This document shows, in pieces, positions 13,084 to 13,563 of a DNA stretch of 13,563 bases (the first letter of the stretch is position 1; each line of letters starts with the position of its first letter). Origin of the DNA: Archangium sp. (lineage in GTDB: Bacteria > Myxococcota > Myxococcia > Myxococcales > Myxococcaceae); the NCBI GenBank assembly GCA_022843845.1, contig JALHMW010000051.1, forward strand, positions 1 through 13,563. The letters are read 5' to 3'. The position numbers and the translations under genes are program-made. A model generated the notes under the pieces. It worked only from the letters and a program-made list of their open reading frames with translations. It did no database searches and was not told the origin of the DNA.

Positions 13084-13359
13084 ATGGGTAGCGAGGCGAC
13101 GTTCGTCGTTGCAGATACGTTCTTGATCGAGGGACGAAGGCTCGTCCTCGTTCCGGGCTTCTCCTTCGCCGCTGGCTCAATACGCGTCGGCGACAAGGTT
13201 CGACTTCTTCGACCCGATGGCACGACTTCAGTGACGACCATCGCCGGCCTTGAGATGATCAACACGGGTCGTCCTCTCGAAGCCGCACCTGTGTCGTTGC
13301 GTGGCGTTGTGAAGTCCGACGTGCCGATTGGAACCGTGGTGACAATCATGGCTGAGTGA
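13084..13359 (+). CDS. Stand-alone EF-Tu domain II-like beta-barrel protein (91 aa)
   Basis: ATG 13084. 'FVVADTFLIEGRRLVLVPG....GSIRVGDKVRLL.....TSVTTIAGLEM......EAAPVSLRGVVKSDVPIGTVV' aligns by eye with EF-Tu domain II (FlmPvEDVFsIsGRGTVvTGrverGiikVGdeveivG....kstvtGvEMf.k....g.aGdNvG.lLRGi.r.ei.rGqVl). The antisense ORF 12969..13349 is Ser/Thr/Arg/Pro-rich and was rejected. Codon position 3 is noticeably less G/C-biased than in neighbouring genes. Confidence 0.6.
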   Translation: MGSEATFVVADTFLIEGRRLVLVPGFSFAAGSIRVGDKVRLLRPDGTTSVTTIAGLEMINTGRPLEAAPVSLRGVVKSDVPIGTVVTIMAE

Positions 13360-13563
13360 TTGCTCAGATCGGGTCGGTTGTCGGACGAACGACGCGGCCG
13401 GCGATCGTGACCAGTGGGGCGTCGATCGAGATGGCACCCACAGCCTTAGCCCGGATGATTCACGGCACAGCGAGTTGAGCGACAAAGTGTAGGAGCCAGA
13501 AGAGAGAAGGAACGCGGGAGATCCGATCGGTGTTGGGACTGCGACCAAGCAAATCCTCGCACC

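Noticed and set aside
13375-13470. Short minus-strand reading frame translating to ...VGAISIDAPLVTIAGRVVRPTTDPI*, reminiscent of the C-terminal beta-helix end of spike/gpV-like proteins.
   Set aside because: An in-frame TGA lies only ~30 codons upstream, so it is not the end of a long ORF. It may be chance or a decayed remnant, and I cannot support it from sequence alone.
13530-13563. Possible plus-strand gene start (GTG 13530 preceded by purine-rich AGGAGCCAGAAGAGAGAAGGAACGCGGGAG) running off the right edge.
   Set aside because: Only 11 codons are visible, which is not enough sequence to judge coding potential.
1-13563. CRISPR arrays, IS elements/transposase ends, rRNA, and integrase, terminase, capsid, sheath or tube genes.
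   Set aside because: No regularly spaced direct repeats, no terminal inverted repeats and no ORFs with those signatures were seen on either strand.

Overview
GC-rich bacterial DNA, by eye about two-thirds G+C with strong G/C preference at codon position 3. The many long Arg/Ala-rich antisense ORFs in the track are artefacts of this. The lineage is probably Myxococcota-like or planctomycete-like, judged only from one TIGR02996-type N-terminal domain protein. The window is dominated by a P2/Mu-type phage-tail-like baseplate and fibre module on the minus strand, arranged as two tightly packed co-directional arrays. Array A (13015 -> 6608) encodes a helical/hydrophobic tape-measure-like protein, a gp25/GPW-like protein, a macro-domain protein, baseplate J, three small unknown proteins (one with a predicted ConA/LamG-like jelly roll), and a P2 gpI-like protein with two Ig-like N-terminal domains. 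Two junctions in array A are ATGA start/stop overlaps and the others are gaps of 3-52 nt. Array B (~5299 -> 1) encodes a GT-B glycosyltransferase-like protein, then a PTH2 (peptidyl-tRNA hydrolase 2)-like ORF that has no canonical start and would need a +1 shift from a 17-codon leader. It continues with a 121-aa ORF, a tRNA gene with a non-canonical 9-nt anticodon loop, a 631-aa tail fibre, a zinc-ribbon protein coupled to the fibre, two small ORFs (one below the ORF-track cutoff) and a partial DUF2924-like ORF. A single plus-strand TIGR02996/LRR-like gene separates the arrays, and an orphan 91-aa EF-Tu-domain-II-like gene lies divergent from array A. No sheath, tube, spike, full tape measure, capsid, terminase, integrase, CRISPR array or rRNA is visible. 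The most noteworthy observations are: (1) a macro-domain (ADP-ribose binding/hydrolase) gene inserted between the normally adjacent W and J baseplate genes; (2) the odd tRNA, whose loop contains U-AAUG-A, about 0.75 kb downstream of a PTH2-like gene that needs a +1 shift in a leader with two in-frame CAU-U sites complementary to AAUG; (3) a three-gene insertion between J and I; (4) a cargo block that splits the baseplate operon from its fibre. All family assignments come from motif recognition by eye and need database confirmation.
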